Of a stretch of DNA of 64,000 bases, positions 10,727 to 28,896 are shown one piece after another; the stretch's first letter is position 1, and the number at the start of each line of letters is the position of its first letter. A program made the position numbers and the translations under genes. Source of the DNA: the human T2T-CHM13v2.0 reference genome, Homo sapiens; NCBI RefSeq assembly GCF_009914755.1, contig NC_060932.1; one strand, written 5' to 3'. The notes beneath the pieces are model-generated. The model was not told the DNA's origin and made no database searches. It saw only the letters and a list, made by a program, of their open reading frames with translations.

Positions 10727-12718
10727 CAGCAGTTCTCAAAGTGTGTTGGTATGGTCTGCGGACTTCTGAATTTTTTAGGGAGTTTGTGAAATCAAAACAT
10801 TTTCAAAATATACTATGACATTATATGTCTTTTTAACTATGGTGACACATTCACCAATGGCGCAAAAACAATGGTGGGTAAAAGCACCAGCATCTTTGAA
10901 ATGAGGCACTAGTAGTCATTGTATTCTTCATTGCCATGCACATGTAAGTCGGGGTTGTGGGGGAGGGGTGGTTTCCTTCAATGTCCTTAATAAAGCAGTA
11001 AAAATTACTTATTTTAAATCTTTACTCTTAAGTCTTTTAAATTTTCTGTATGAAAAAATGAGAACTGTATGTGAAGTACTTCTGAGGATACCAAAATATG
11101 ATGGTTGTCTTGAGGAAAAGCACTAGTGAGGTTGTTTTGAGTAGTGAGTCTCGAGGCAATTCAGATGTGGGTATTTGACAGACATTTCCTCAAACATGAA
11201 CAAAGTGAACTGTCACTTCAAGAAAAACTAACAGTATTTGTTGCCAATGATAAATTTTAAGCTTTCAAGTGAAAATTATTTTGGAAAATGTGTATCTGCC
11301 ATCTGAATTTGATGGCCTCTCAGTATTAAAGAGGCTTTTTAAAATGAGATTGCTGGTCATATTAAACATGATTTTTAAACATTTTATATGGCAAAATATT
11401 AACATTTGGAAGATGTGCATAACTCAGTGAATCAATAGTTTCCATGTGCCAAATGCATGATTTCACAAAATTATTCATGGGAAAAAGTTTCACTCAAAGT
11501 GCAAGGTAGACCACTGGAGTCTAATGAAATTCAATGCAAAATCTCATTTATGTGGCTTCAGATTCTATGTTGCAAATAACCTTTTAGATACTACCCCTTG
11601 TTCAGTATTGGTACAGTGTCCAAGAATAAATCTACAGCCTAGGCTATTAAAATATTCCTCCCTTTTACAACTTAATACCTCCATGAGGATGAATTTCTTC
11701 ATTTACCTCAAACAAAACAACATATCAAACAGACTGAATGGAGAAACAGGTATGATAATCCAGCTGTCTTCTATTAAGCCAGACATTGAAAAGATTTGCA
11801 AAACGTGTATTAACAATGCTGCTCTTCTCACTAAATTATTTTTGAAAAATAATTATCATAAAATATGTTGTTAGCATGAAATTGGTTTATTTTAAAAGAT
11901 TGGTAAATATTTTTTTAAATTTGTCAGTTTTCATTTCTGATATAGTCAATATAAACCTTCACAAACAAAAGTTACTTGGGGAAAAAAAACAGAACTACCG
12001 TCTGATCCAGCAATCCCACCAATGGGTATATACCCAAAGGAAAAGAAATCATTATATCAAAAAGAGACCTACACTTTTATGTCTATTGGAGCACTATTCA
12101 CAATGGCAAAGATAGGGAATTGACTTAAGTGACCATCAACTGAAGCTGGATAAAGAAAATGTAGTGTGTGTGTGTGTGCGTGTGCATGTGTGTCATCATT
12201 TATATATATATATATTTTTTTATATTTATATATATATGAGACAGTATTCAGCCATAAAAGATAATAAAATCATGCCTTTTGCAGCAATGTGGATGGAGCT
12301 GGAGGTCATTATCTTAAGTGAAACATCTCAGAAACAGAAAGTCAAATACCGTATGTCCTCACTTGTAAGTGGGAGCTAAATAAGGTGTACAGAAGGACAT
12401 AGAGTGTGGAATGATGGACACTGGAGACTTGGAAGGGTGGGATGGTGGAAGGCAGGCATATAAGGGATGAGAAATTACTTAATGAGTACAATGTAGACTA
12501 ATCAGGTAATGGTTACATTAAAAGCCCAGGCTTCACCACTATGCAATATACTCATGTAACAAAACTGCACTTAAACCCCTTAAATTTATACAAACTTTTT
12601 TAAAAGCAAGAAAAAGAAAACACCCTTTGGGGACATCAATATTTTTCCAGAGCATTAAGTTCTTGAGTGTTAAGTTCTTAAATGTTAAGATCTTAAGGCC
12701 AAAACGTTTAAAATAATT
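10727..12718. mobile_element. Charlie1-like hAT DNA transposon remnant, interrupted by L1MA
   Basis: Terminus CAGCAGTTCTCAAAGTGTG; Charlie motifs (GGGTATTTGACAGACATTTCC; CCAGCTGTCTTCTATTAAGCCAGACATT). Confidence 0.75.
11985..12612 (+). mobile_element. L1MA 3' end
   Basis: GATCCAGCAATCCCAC...GCAGCAATGTGGATGGAGCTGGAGGTCATTATC...GTAACAAAACTGCAC. Confidence 0.9.
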
Positions 12719-13170
12719 GATTTATGATATCTAAAGAATTTGAAGTATAACCACAAAACTGTTCTGTTTATAAAACATGAGAATAGTAAAAGTATTAAGC
12801 CCAGAGTTAGGTAAGCAATGTCACGTTAAGAAGAGAGGGGGCAGGCACATTCTAAAAATTGTACATCAATATACTTAATATTAATCCTCAGGGCAAAAGG
12901 TTAGAGAACAGATTCAGCAGAAAGTAAAATAACCATTAGCTCCATTAACCCAACACAAGTTTATTTACTAAGTCAAGTCAAACTGAGGAGTATTTGTTTC
13001 TTTGGTAGTTGGTAGACAAAGAATACATATACATATTCTATTTCCCATTAAGCATTTGATCATGTTACAAAACAATGGCCTAGAGAACTATCATTGAAGA
13101 TTTACCAAATCTGCCTGAAGCAAAATGTGATAAACTGCAGAAATGGTGGAGAATGACACTGGAAGTCATA

Positions 13171-16084
<2,914 letters not shown>

Positions 16085-16521
16085 TAAATGATTTGCTGAT
16101 GGGAATATCTACAGACTTTTTTGAATTCTAGGGTTGCTTCCCCACACTTCTGTGCCATTTTCACCTACTGCTGTCAGTAAACATGCAAGAAGTAAGTATT
16201 AATCTTAATATTTAACTGTTACTCTTTAGGCTTAATGCAGTTATTAGTAATATGAAACAAAAAGAAAACATTTTACAATGAATTCCAAAGTGAAACATAT
16301 TTCACATATCTGAGATTTTCTTAACACCAACTTTCTAGTACCTAGCATGATACTTTCTCTTCACAGAATATCTGTACTGTTTGTACCTTCGCTTCCTTCA
16401 GGTCTTCACTGACCATCTTCACTTATGACCACTGGTACTTTCTATCCTCTTTATCTTGTTTCATTTATCTCTATAGAACTTACCACCATCTGACATAAAC
16501 AATATTTAAGTGTATATTTGC

Positions 16522-16917
16522 AGGTGGGCGCAGGGGCTCACGCCTGTAATCCCAGCACTTTGGGAGGCCGAGACAGGTGGACCACCTGAGGTCAGGAGTC
16601 TGAGGCCAGCCTGGCCAACATGGTGAAACCCCGTTTCTACTAAAAATACAAAAAAATTAGGCTCGGTGGCACGTGCCTGTAATCCCAGCTACTCAGGAGG
16701 TCAGGAGTCTGAGGCCAGCCTGGCCAACATGGTGAAACCCCGTTTCTACTAAAAATACAAAAAAATTAGGCTCGGTGGCACGTGACTGTAATCCCAGCTA
16801 CTCAGGAGGCTGAGGCAGGAGAATCACTTGAACCCAGGAAGCAGAGGTTGCAATAAGCCAAGATCACGCCACTGCACTCCAGCCTGGGTGACATCAAGAC
16901 TCCATCTCAAAAAAAAG
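16522..16917 (+). mobile_element. Alu (S-type) with a 109-bp internal tandem duplication, inside L2 remnants
   Basis: GGTCAGGAGTCTGAGG... unit starts at 16590 and again at 16699; TSD-like GTATATTTGC on both sides. Confidence 0.93.
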
Positions 16918-17189
16918 TATATTTGCTTTTCTGTGTTCTCTTCCCCTATTACTACCCACCCCAAAAGAATAAGCTTCATGAGGGTACAGATGTTCTGGTT
17001 GTTCACTCAGTGCCTTGAACATCCTAGCACATAGTATGTAATAAAGAACACAAGATTTCTTAAATGAATCTTGGATTGTAAGCACAATATTCTTAAATTA
17101 TAGATAAGAAAATGACTCCATGAATCTGGAGGTAAAAAGGAACCTAGGCAGAGAGCAGACATTGCAAAGCCCATGCAACTGATGTCCCT

Positions 17190-17435
17190 ACTGCCTAGCA
17201 GTTAAGAAGACAGGCTTCATACTTGGACAAAATAGGATTCCAGTCCACTTATTCGTAGTGGCAAACTAACCTCTTCATGCCTCAATTTAGCTATGAGAAA
17301 ATAGAGATGATAATGATAATAGCCCCAACTTAATGTTGTCATTAAGGTGATTAAATGCAATAATGTGTGTAAATTACTAGTGCATAAAGGACCAAATAAG
17401 TGTTTAATAAAAGGGAACTATTATTATTACTACTA
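17190..17435 (+). mobile_element. MIR element
   Basis: MIR core-like CCTCTTCATGCCTCAATTT...GATAATAGCCCC...GATTAAATGCAATAATGTGTGTAAA. Confidence 0.65.
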
Positions 17436-20400
17436 CTACTATCATCATCATCATCTCAGTCAGGATCCAAAGCCAATTTTTTAGTATTTCCCAAATAATT
17501 TATGGTAAGATAGGCTAACCAGTTTCTAAGTCCAGACAACTGAGAAAAAAAGCAGATTAGAGAGATAAAAGTTGCCAGAAGCAAGATCAGAAAAAAAAAT
17601 GAAAACTATAAAAACTAGATTCTCAAGGTACTGCATTACCACACAATAATAATATACATAAAGATAATGCTTAGCCACTAAGAAAAAGGTTATATTATAT
17701 TTAATATACTGTCTTAAGATGGCGAGAAAATATAATTCTAAAATTAGAAAGATTTACTTCAAAATGGCTCATACAAACTTTTGGTATAAAAGATAAACTT
17801 CCATTACCTTCAAAATTTATGTTCTAGAGAAAAAGAATAAAGTAAATGAGACTATTACATAAACAGCTTGGATATATCTGCTGTAAATACCCATCAGTGT
17901 GACTTATGTGAGTCTATCTAAAGCTTTTCTATGGGCTCACTCTTCACTCATACGCTGATGTTGTATCTCAGGTGCAGATTCCAGGGAGGTGGTAAATTGT
18001 TCCATTCACTATCTCAGTGACATTGCTGCCACCTTGTAACAAATCCGTATTCATTAATCCTGTTTGCTTTAGTAACAGAATATACCAAGGCCCTCTGAGA
18101 TTAGTAAGAAATCAAATTTCAAAATCAAAACCACATTCCAAATTTCTTAAAAGATACTTTTTTTGTTCAATTCCTTTGTAAAAACATTGGTCACCATTTA
18201 ACATACATGGCAACAAAATGCACCCAATTTACATGCATCAACAAGTTAATAAATCATAATACATGGACAACACAAATTTAAACAAACAGGACTAAAGTAG
18301 CTCATGTTGCATTTAACTATGGTTCTTGTGCTCCTAATAGAGAAGTAGCTAATATGAGAAACAAACAGTTCCAGTTTCAACCTAAATTAAAGTTATTTGT
18401 GGCAAGTAACATGAAACAATGATCATATGAAGTCATTATCTTAAAAAGAACCATTCTTCAGAAATCACTTTGTGGCAAAGCACCATACTAGGGTAGACTA
18501 TGATCTTAAACATATACCTTCAGTTAAAGACAAATGGTCTCCATTTTTTGAAAATTACCTGAATGATTCAAATTTTTATTATGCCCATAAATTAAAATTA
18601 TCTTTCAATGTGAAGGTTATATATTTTGACACCTTAAATAATTCTGGAGATGTTCAGTTAAACCAGTAATTCCCTGGGACCAGATTACTTTCAAGAGCAA
18701 GAAGAAAAAACAATAATCAAAAGCCCTTTCTAAAGTCACAGGCAAGGTTTCTGATACGGGATTTAATTAATAAGAAGTTAAGCACCACAGTAAAATACAT
18801 TTTTAGAAAACAGAGTGGACTGCCATCAATACACAAGTTAGGGACAAAAGAAAGCACTTACACTTTACCCCACCCTTCCCCCCCCAAAAATTTAAGCACT
18901 CTAATCCTATCAATCAGAAATTTTACAAAGGATTTTTTGTGTGGTTATCTGTGTGTGGTTATTATATGGAAGATACAAACCGAAATTCTATTTAAGATCT
19001 CAAGTTCTAGAATCATGATTTGATTCAGTAAGAATGTCACATTATTTGTGCATGTTATATATTTATTTTTAGATTATATGCTATATTTTTATGCTTTCTC
19101 TCCTCAAAGTCTATGATTAAAGGATGGCACTTATGCATTCTGAAGCGCATGAGAGAATTTATGACAAACTGCCTTGTGAAAAAATATCTACTCTGAAGAG
19201 TTCAAAGTAATTATGTATAAATAAAACCTTAAAATAAACTGCTGTAAAACCTCTGCATCTATTTAGCAACACAAATAACTTCAAAAGCCAAAATACTATT
19301 TTAAGTTTCTCTCCTCCATGATGTGTTTAATTACGCTGTTACAAGTAAGACTAATTTTTTAGCATGTGTAACAGACCACATGCTAAAAAAGTTTAAGGGT
19401 TCAGAAAACTAAAATTTATAATTCTTACATGGTTATACTTAAGCCAGAAGTACAAGACTAGAAATAAGTAACTTCAACCTAAAATATGCTTTAAATACCA
19501 CAAAAGAAGAAAAAAGAAAAACAAAGGGAAAAAGGATTTCTCCTCATGTAATTTTTGAGTAGACTATGTAGCAAAAAAGCAAAATATTAAATATCTAGTT
19601 TTCACTTCAACAGAAATTATTCATAAATAAAATTCACTAAATAAGATATAATGAGATTAGGAGTATGAATATGGGGTATTCAGACTTATTCCATTCAGAT
19701 GAGAAGATGACATCTTTGGAGGGAAAAAAAAAAACCTTACCAAATAATATAAATTGTATCTCATTAATCTTTCAAACATCACTTCAACTTCATCATTTAT
19801 ACCATAAACCTTCTTGACAGTTCCTATTTTCCACCTTTTTTTAAAAAAAGCTTTAGTCTCTTAATTTCCAAGCATCATGTTAAATCCCTTAGTTCAATCT
19901 AATTCCACAATCCCCATTTCAAAGACTCTAAAATAATCATTTGCTTCCCCTCAAAAGTCAGAATCCACCATGTAATTATTCAAAACTGGGAAACTAAAAG
20001 GTTAAAAAAAATCAACTAAAAATTGTACGCTTGTTAGTATACACGGTTTCATGTAGCAGGGAGACCACATAATTGCTCTTTGTGATTAACCCTCTGGCCC
20101 TTAAAATAGTAAAGTCAGAAAATTAAAATAAGTAATATATACTTAAAATACTTAAAACCTGTATCTATATCCATTTTCAATAGATGTGACAGTTAAGAAA
20201 TGACTGAAATTATATTATTATAAATGTTTACTGCATAACAGTACAAAATTGATGTTCCCAAAAAGAGGGTAAAAAAATCTTTAACTGACATTAAACATCT
20301 TAAGTAATTTGGAAAAATCCCAAGGTTGAAATGTAACTATCAGGGAACAACGAAAAATGCTTTCATGCATGTACACATGTTAAGTAACAAATAAGCAAAC

Positions 20401-20706
20401 CCCAAGTCAATACAGTACATCAATGACACTTAAATAACATTATGAATATAAAAAGAAAGGATAAAATGTTGACTGCTATTGATGAAAAAGCATTTCAACA
20501 ATATACACAAAATGATACTAAACAGCTTTTTAAAAAAGATGTCCTAAGAAGATCAAGCCACAATAAGTTAGTGTTTTCCATAATACATGCTAAATTATTT
20601 GATCCCATATCTATACTGTTACTGTCTTAATTCCTAAATGTTGTGACAGCATATTTAATTACTGAGGTACATTAGTTTACATCTTTTTATAGGTATTCTA
20701 AGAGGA

Positions 20707-20808
20707 TTAACTTTTCGTTTCCAGTTTTTCATCTTCTTCACCTCCTCCAAAGAAAATTAAAGGAAACATTCCTAGAATGCAGCCAATAGTCACCCCAACA
20801 GCTTTGCC
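20707..20808 (-). CDS. TMEM65: TMEM65 last coding exon (GKAVGVTIGCILGMFPLIFFGGGEEDEKLETKS*)
   Basis: ttgtttccttag|GGCAAAGCT...AGTTAA, stop at 20707-20709. Exons 2-7 total 419 coding nt, which fits a 240-aa protein with 304 nt in exon 1 outside the window. Confidence 0.97.
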   Translation of the reverse strand, partial: GKAVGVTIGCILGMFPLIFFGGGEEDEKLETKS

Positions 20809-21384
20809 CTAAGGAAACAAAAGAGAACATTTTTAAAGTTACTTTATCTCTGATAACAAGAAGGCAGAGAAAAAATCTCACCAGCTCTTCTCAATATATT
20901 TGGATTTGCTACCCTTCATATATATTCCTCTTCAATATTTATCCCTGTGTATACCTAATTATATGTAGATATAATCATTATGTAAACATAGCTTTGTTTT
21001 CTTCCTCAATCCGTACCCCTGCATAGCCACACATTTTCTCACAAACTCTTTTCCAAACTGCTACACAAACTTAAAGACTTCTAAGTTCAACTGAATTGAC
21101 GGGTCTATATTCTACTTAAATCTCTCTTTACCGCCATAGCCACTGCTACTTCTTCAACATTATAAGTGAAATAACAATAAGCATTTCCATGTATATTTCT
21201 TCCCCAATGATTTGTTTAAAAGTCAAACAGTATTAATATTTGTGCATCTTCATGAAGCATTCATCCTTGACAACGCTGCACATACTTACATAGCAATTTC
21301 AGTATACATAAATGTAGACACACATACCAATTATCCTGCAACTTCACCTACATTATAAAAATTTTATTTCATTTTTATTTATTT

Positions 21385-21718
21385 TATTTGTTTTAGAGAC
21401 AGGGTCTCCCTTTGTCACCTAGGCTGGAACGCAGTGGTATGATCATAACCCACTGCAGCCTTGGCTCAAGCCATCTTCCTGATCTCTTCCCGAACTCTTT
21501 GGCTCAAGCGAGCCTCCTGACTCAGTCTCCCCAGTAACTAGAACTACAGACACATGCCACTATGCCTAGATAATTTTGTTACTTTTATTATTTTTTTTTT
21601 TTGTAGAGCCAGGGTCTCCCTATGTTGCCCAGGCTGATCTTGAACTCCTGGCTTCAAGAAATCCTCCCACCTTGGCCTCCCAAATGAGATTACAGGCTCT
21701 GGGAGCCACCACACCCAG
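21385..21718 (-). mobile_element. AluJ-like with an internal rearrangement
   Basis: GAGACAGGGTCTCCC, GATCATAACCCACTGCAGCC; TTGGCTCAAGC duplicated. Confidence 0.88.
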
Positions 21719-22061
21719 ATCATTATAAAAATTTAAAATTGTTATTTTTGTAAATGGTTTTCAAAATTTGCATTCCTATGATGACTATCAAGTTTATATA
21801 CTTTTCAATTAAGTTTCATTTCCTCATACAAATATTTATTGAGAAGCTACTATGTGTCAAACTCTGTACTGGGTGTACCATGGAGATGGACTAATCTTAT
21901 GCAGTCTGTCTCTCTCCTCCAGGAACTTCTAGTTAGGTACACAGGGAAAGACAAAATAAGTTCTATCAAACATTACAGTTACTATGATAGCTACATAATC
22001 TTTAGTCTTGAATGAAATGTTTTCTCTTATACATTGTCTATTTAGCTATCATATCCTACAG

Positions 22062-22366
22062 TTTTTTTTTGTTTGTTTTTTTTTTGAGACGGAGTCTCTC
22101 TCTGTGGCCCAGGTTGGAGTGCAGTGATGTAATCTCGACTCACTGCAAGCTCCGTCTCCTGGGTTCATGCCATTCTCCTGCCTCAGCCTCCTGAGTAGCT
22201 GGGACCACAGGTGCCCACCACCACGCCCGGCTAATTTTTTGTATTTTTAGTAGAGCCGGGGTTTCACTGTATTAGCCAGGATGGTCTCGATCTCCTGACC
22301 TCATGATCCACCCGCCTCGGCCTCCCAAAGTGCTGGAATTACAGGTGTGAGCCACCCCGCCCAGCC
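22062..22366 (-). mobile_element. AluY-like, TSD ATCCTACAGTTTTT
   Basis: GCAAGCTCCG, CATGCCATTCTCC, TTAGCCAGGATGGTCTCGATC. Confidence 0.93.
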
Positions 22367-24266
22367 CACATCCTACAGTTTTTCTAACAAATTTAATAGT
22401 AGACATTAATATTTTGACAATAGCTTGCATAAAAATTTTTCAACTCTGTTATTTTGAGGCTTTTGGTGGTGGTAGTGGTATTAGTAGTATGACCACTGCT
22501 TGATATTAATAGTCAAAACTGTTATTTTCGTTATGCCAAAACTTTAAAAGGTATCATTCATGCAGAGTTTTAACAAGAAGAAATTTTCTTCATTCCACAT
22601 GCTGATAAAGTTAATCCTAGCTTCTTGTTTTTTGACTTTAACATATTTACTCATTTGAATATATGCATAGAGAAATCATTATATTCTATTTCAGACTCCT
22701 GACTTTCCCATATACAGAAAATAACCATTGCCAATAGGCCCCACTTTCACTTCCCACCCATTCTGTTAAATTCCTCTTGCAACCAAGGCTTTCCTTGCCC
22801 CTCACTTTAGGAATACCAGTCAGTGATTTCTGACCCAATTATCTCAAGAGATATAATGTCAATAGGGTGGAGAAGAGGAAAAAAAGTGATATACTTTTCT
22901 CACTCCCTGATCCAGGACCTGAAACAAATTTTTCCATTGTGAAAACATTTATTTATACATTATCATTATGTCTTACAATACTCTAGGCCCCATAGTTAAC
23001 TACACTGGGGCTAATTGTAGAACTTGAGTCCCATCTGTAATACTGTTTTATAAGAAAATATTTTTTGAATTTCAAACAACCAAATTACAAGTGAGGTTTT
23101 AAAATACACCTGTGTCAACTGGAACCTGCATGTGTATCTGTATTTATTCTATCATGGGTAAATTTCAGAGTTAGCTTTTGTCATGAGTAGATGGCTGGTC
23201 ACTAACTTCAAATACTTCAGGCTGTATAGAATCAAAATGTTATGTTACAGAGTAGAAGATTTGATTCTAAAAACAAGCAGAGTCAACAACTAAGGAACAG
23301 AATCACTGTTGCCATAAACCAGTGAGGGGTTTATCACAATACACACGCAGACACACACACACTCAATATAGTAATACTAGTTTAGTAATCTGATGCTTTT
23401 GTCATAGAGAAGAGAAAATGAACCTGCTTTTAATACAGAAAGAAAACAATTATTATGCCCCAGGAAAATAAACTTCTGATCCCAACTTTAATGCTAAAAT
23501 TTTTAAGACAAATTGCTAGAATGTTAGAATATCCTTATTCCCTCAAAACTCCAGCTGGTATCAGGGGCTAGTCTCACTTTACTTACAAATTGTAAGATAT
23601 GGACACATGTAAACTAAAAGGAAAAGCCCAAAATTAACATTCTACTTTCTTAAAAGACTTTTCAACCTTTATAAAGTAAAAATTACAACAAGCAAATAGG
23701 TCCTCATTTTGTTTCTCCACACTCTTCCTACATTTTGATTGAAAAGCAAACACTTCCCTGGTATAGTTGTGATCCTTCTACTACTCATATTTTAAAGGGT
23801 AGTAATTATTGCAGATTTAAAGTGATTTAAAGTGATTAGTGATGAATTTAACTCTATATTACCTATGTGTATGTTTTTGTACTCTGTATGAATATTTTGC
23901 AGGTAAAAATTGTTTACTTCCAAAACATTCAATATCTTCATTAAAATAAATTCCATCTAACTTAACATTAATTTTATATTTTATTCTTCTTCTTCACCTC
24001 CCGTTAGTGTTTCAATTCATTGTCATTTGATTTTTCTTCTTCCATCAGTCCATAGAAATTGCTCAGAAATGATTATCAATGAGCAACTACATACCAAATC
24101 CAAAAACAAAAAAAAATTTTCAGAAATTTTATTTGATTTCTTTATATCAAGAGGAATTGGTTATCATTCATTACTTCTTAAAACTTCGTCCTTGATAGCT
24201 CCCATAAGACTATGAGCTCTTAGGTATTTTCTAGGGTTCTTTAATTCTGCACATTTTCTCTGGAAC

Positions 24267-25541
<1,275 letters not shown>

Positions 25542-25544
25542 CTC

Positions 25545-26620
25545 CTATGAAATCTCATCTTCTCCCATGGTTTGAACAATCATCTACCTTTTCAGTGAGG
25601 CCTACAGTGACTCTCCTATTGAATATTGCAGTCTGCTTCCATCCTAGCACTCCTAGCCTCTTCTACCTCGCTCTGTTTTCCCTTTTTATTCTCATAACAC
25701 ATATAAACTTCTAATATGCTAAATATTTTTATTTATCAGATTGTTTATTGTCTGTCTCCTCACTGCTTGAATGTAAGATCTATCAGAAATAAGATCTTAT
25801 TTTGTTAACCAATGTATTCAAAACTCCTGTATCTCTACTTGGCATATAATACGTAAACAATAAGTATTTGTTGAATGAAGGAGTGACAATACCCATTATC
25901 ACTAACTCTGACCTATCTAACTCTTGACTCTAACCTAAATGCCTACTAGGTGTCACCACTCAAATGTCCTATTAGTATCTCAAATTCAATGCGTCCAAAA
26001 TAGAACTCATTATCTTCCCTTACAAGCTTATTCCTCCTCCTTTTTTTCTTGATTTTATTGATGGCATCATGATCCATCCAGTTTACTTCTTACTTAAAAC
26101 TCCCCTGGCTCTCCATCACTTAGGTAAGAGGCTCAAGCTCCTTAGCATTCACATACAATAGCTTTCCTGTCTGATCCCTGCTTACTTCTCCAATGTTGTC
26201 TCCTGCTGCTGCTTATACCTACAGCTACTATATATTGTATTCCTAAAGTCGGTTCTTGTATTTACCTAAATATACCCTTTTTTTATCATCCTCTTCTAAT
26301 TGCTAGTCAGTATGCTTGGAACTCCTCTTATTCATCTAGTAAATGTCTCATCTATAATTCAAAAATCGGCTTAGATCTAATAATAACCAAGAAATCTCCC
26401 CACCAAAAGAAGTTACTCCCCACAGTGTTAATTCCCTTACCTGTATCATGGTTATATCTTGTACATAATTCATTACTGCATATGTCATACCAAATTATAA
26501 TTTGTTTATATGTTTGGTTTTCCACCTAAACAAGTTCCTCAAGGATAACCACAGTTTATTATTCGTTTTATGTTCTTTAGACCCCAACCTATAAGAGATA
26601 CTCCCTAATACTAAGTGAAT
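25545..26620 (+). mobile_element. L2 fragments
   Basis: TCTCAAATTCAATGCGTCCAAAATAGAACTC; AATAAGTATTTGTTGAATGAA 3' end. Confidence 0.7.
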
Positions 26621-26834
26621 TACAAAATATTTTTTAAAAATTAAGTATACCTACAAAAAATAAGGAGTTAATAACACAAATTACTGTTCTTCTGAAAACT
26701 GCCAACGTCTAGACAATTTTTGTTAAAAACTCCATTCAAACCAATTTTAGTCTCAAATTTCTCAAGGGCCTGAACTATACAGAATCTTGCTCTGGCTACC
26801 CAACTCATTATCATAAACCATGTAAATTACTTAC

Positions 26835-26940
26835 CAAATGTGTACTAAGACGTGTTTGCCACATGTCAACTTGCTTTGGTGTGAGATCAGGAATTGACAG
26901 GCCTAACCTGGAAGCCAATGCTTCAACGTAGCCTGCAAGT
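26835..26940 (-). CDS. TMEM65: TMEM65 coding exon 6 (106 nt; LAGYVEALASRLGLSIPDLTPKQVDMWQTRLSTHL)
   Basis: ttcttcaaag|ACTTGCAGGC...CATTTG|gtaagt; in frame. Confidence 0.97.
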
Positions 26941-28853
26941 CTTTGAAGAAACAAGACAATATGATATATAGGTTATGTTTCAATAAAGCCTTTACAAAAG
27001 CAAACAAAACAAAACAAAGACATGAGGACAAAATATAGGTTTTTAAAAAGACATGCAAATGTCCTCATATAGTAAACTAATTACTACAAGGAGAAACAAG
27101 ATAATTTTACATTTGCACTTGTACTCTAGAAATGACATAAACATTCTTTACAACTTTTAATTTTTATTGCATATATTGTTTAAAAATATTTTATTAACAT
27201 ATTTAACACAAAGGAAAATTAATGACAGAGCAAGTATTCTCTATTATTATTTTTAAAAACAATTCAAGGTATGTAACAATTTGTACAGATAATTAGAATT
27301 TCTGCAATTATTCCAAACTCAAAGCAAAGCACTTTAACATATGATACAAATTAGTAACTTATCAGACAGCAAAAGTTTCCAAAATTCCTCAGATTGGTAA
27401 ACTAACAAAAACACCTTAGAACTGTCAGGCCAATCTCAAGTATTTTATCAATTCTAAGTTGCCATCATTTATTGGATACATCCTTACTTTATGAACTGTA
27501 AGAAAGAAAAAATATTGCTAATTAAACTATGTATACTACCAACAATAAGATGGATCCTGATATCAGATACGTTAAAATGCATCTGAGAATGCCTAAAATG
27601 TGGTATTTGTTATTGAATGATACCCCCCAAAAGAGAGAAGAGAAATAGTTTTTAAATACAAAGACTTCCAGAAAAATCTTCATCTCTAAACAAAAACAAT
27701 TGTTTTATGATGCAATATATAGCTAAATGGCTTTAAAATCTCTTAGATCATTTGGTTCTATTAAATATATCAGAAAGCTATACAATGACTGTAATATTCT
27801 CATTATTTACTTTAATGTTGGAAACTGGGAATAGAATGTTTAAGAGATGATATCATGATACATTTATGCCAGGAATTCGAAGAATATAAAATTCTTGCCA
27901 TGGTCCTAAAACAAAGAAACTTTGTTTTTAACTGTGGCTTTGGCCCCAAACTCCAGTGCAGAAGTCTAATATAAAAGGTTAAGGTTAGATCACTTAAAAA
28001 GCTGCTTTGCCTAGATTATAGGGCTAAGTAAACTTCTAAGAAAAAATTCAAATCTGAAATTGTAACACTCAAATGAGTCAAGGAAAGAAGAGACAAAATC
28101 AAAGACAGAGCAAGACAGAGCATATTTATCATAATAATGTCCACTTAGTCTAATTTATACTCCCCCAGGCTTCCCCAAGCTCAGGAAGCAACTCAGGCCA
28201 TCTGCTACTTGGAACAAGAATGTAAAGAGAGAGAGAAAGCTGGCCTTTTCTAAATAGATGTCCTTAGTTTGTTTCATTATTCCTGCCACATAAAGTAAAG
28301 AGAGCAAAAAACAGCCAAACCCATATATGCTTTGGCCATTATTTCCTTTGAAAGTTCCCCCCTCTAGAAAACATGTCTAGTCAGTATCCTCAAATTCGAG
28401 CCATATCCCTTCTCTTTGGGTTTTCTGGGAGTAGGGTGAGGTGGAATAATGAGAGAGGTTCTTCCTTTTACTCCTGTCTTACCCTTGGAGATGTCTATAA
28501 AATACATATAAATACTTCAGTAAACACAAATTCCATTTTGCTTACATTATGGTAAATTTAGAATAAACTTTTGCATACATCAGAACCACTCATGAAAATT
28601 ACTAAACACAACTGCCAGGGCTCCCTCTCCAGAGACACTAATAATGTATAACTGGGATATCACCCAGGCATCTATATTTGATGGATACCAAAGATTTAGT
28701 ACTATTAGTTTAGAAAAAGTAAATTTGAAATTTTAATTCTAGAAAACAAAGAAAAATGAAATATTCTTTTGTTATGCTTCTCAATTAAAGAAGAGTGGGG
28801 AACAGAAAGACAGCAAGTACAGAATATACAAATGAATAAGTGAATGAACCTAC

Positions 28854-28896
28854 CCAAGTCCAGCTAGATCTGACACAAGATTTCCCAAAGCAGCAG
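28854..28896 (-). CDS. TMEM65: TMEM65 coding exon 5 (43 nt; AAALGNLVSDLAGLG)
   Basis: tttttag|CTGCTGCTTTGGGAAAT...GGACTTGG|gtaggt; in frame. Confidence 0.96.
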
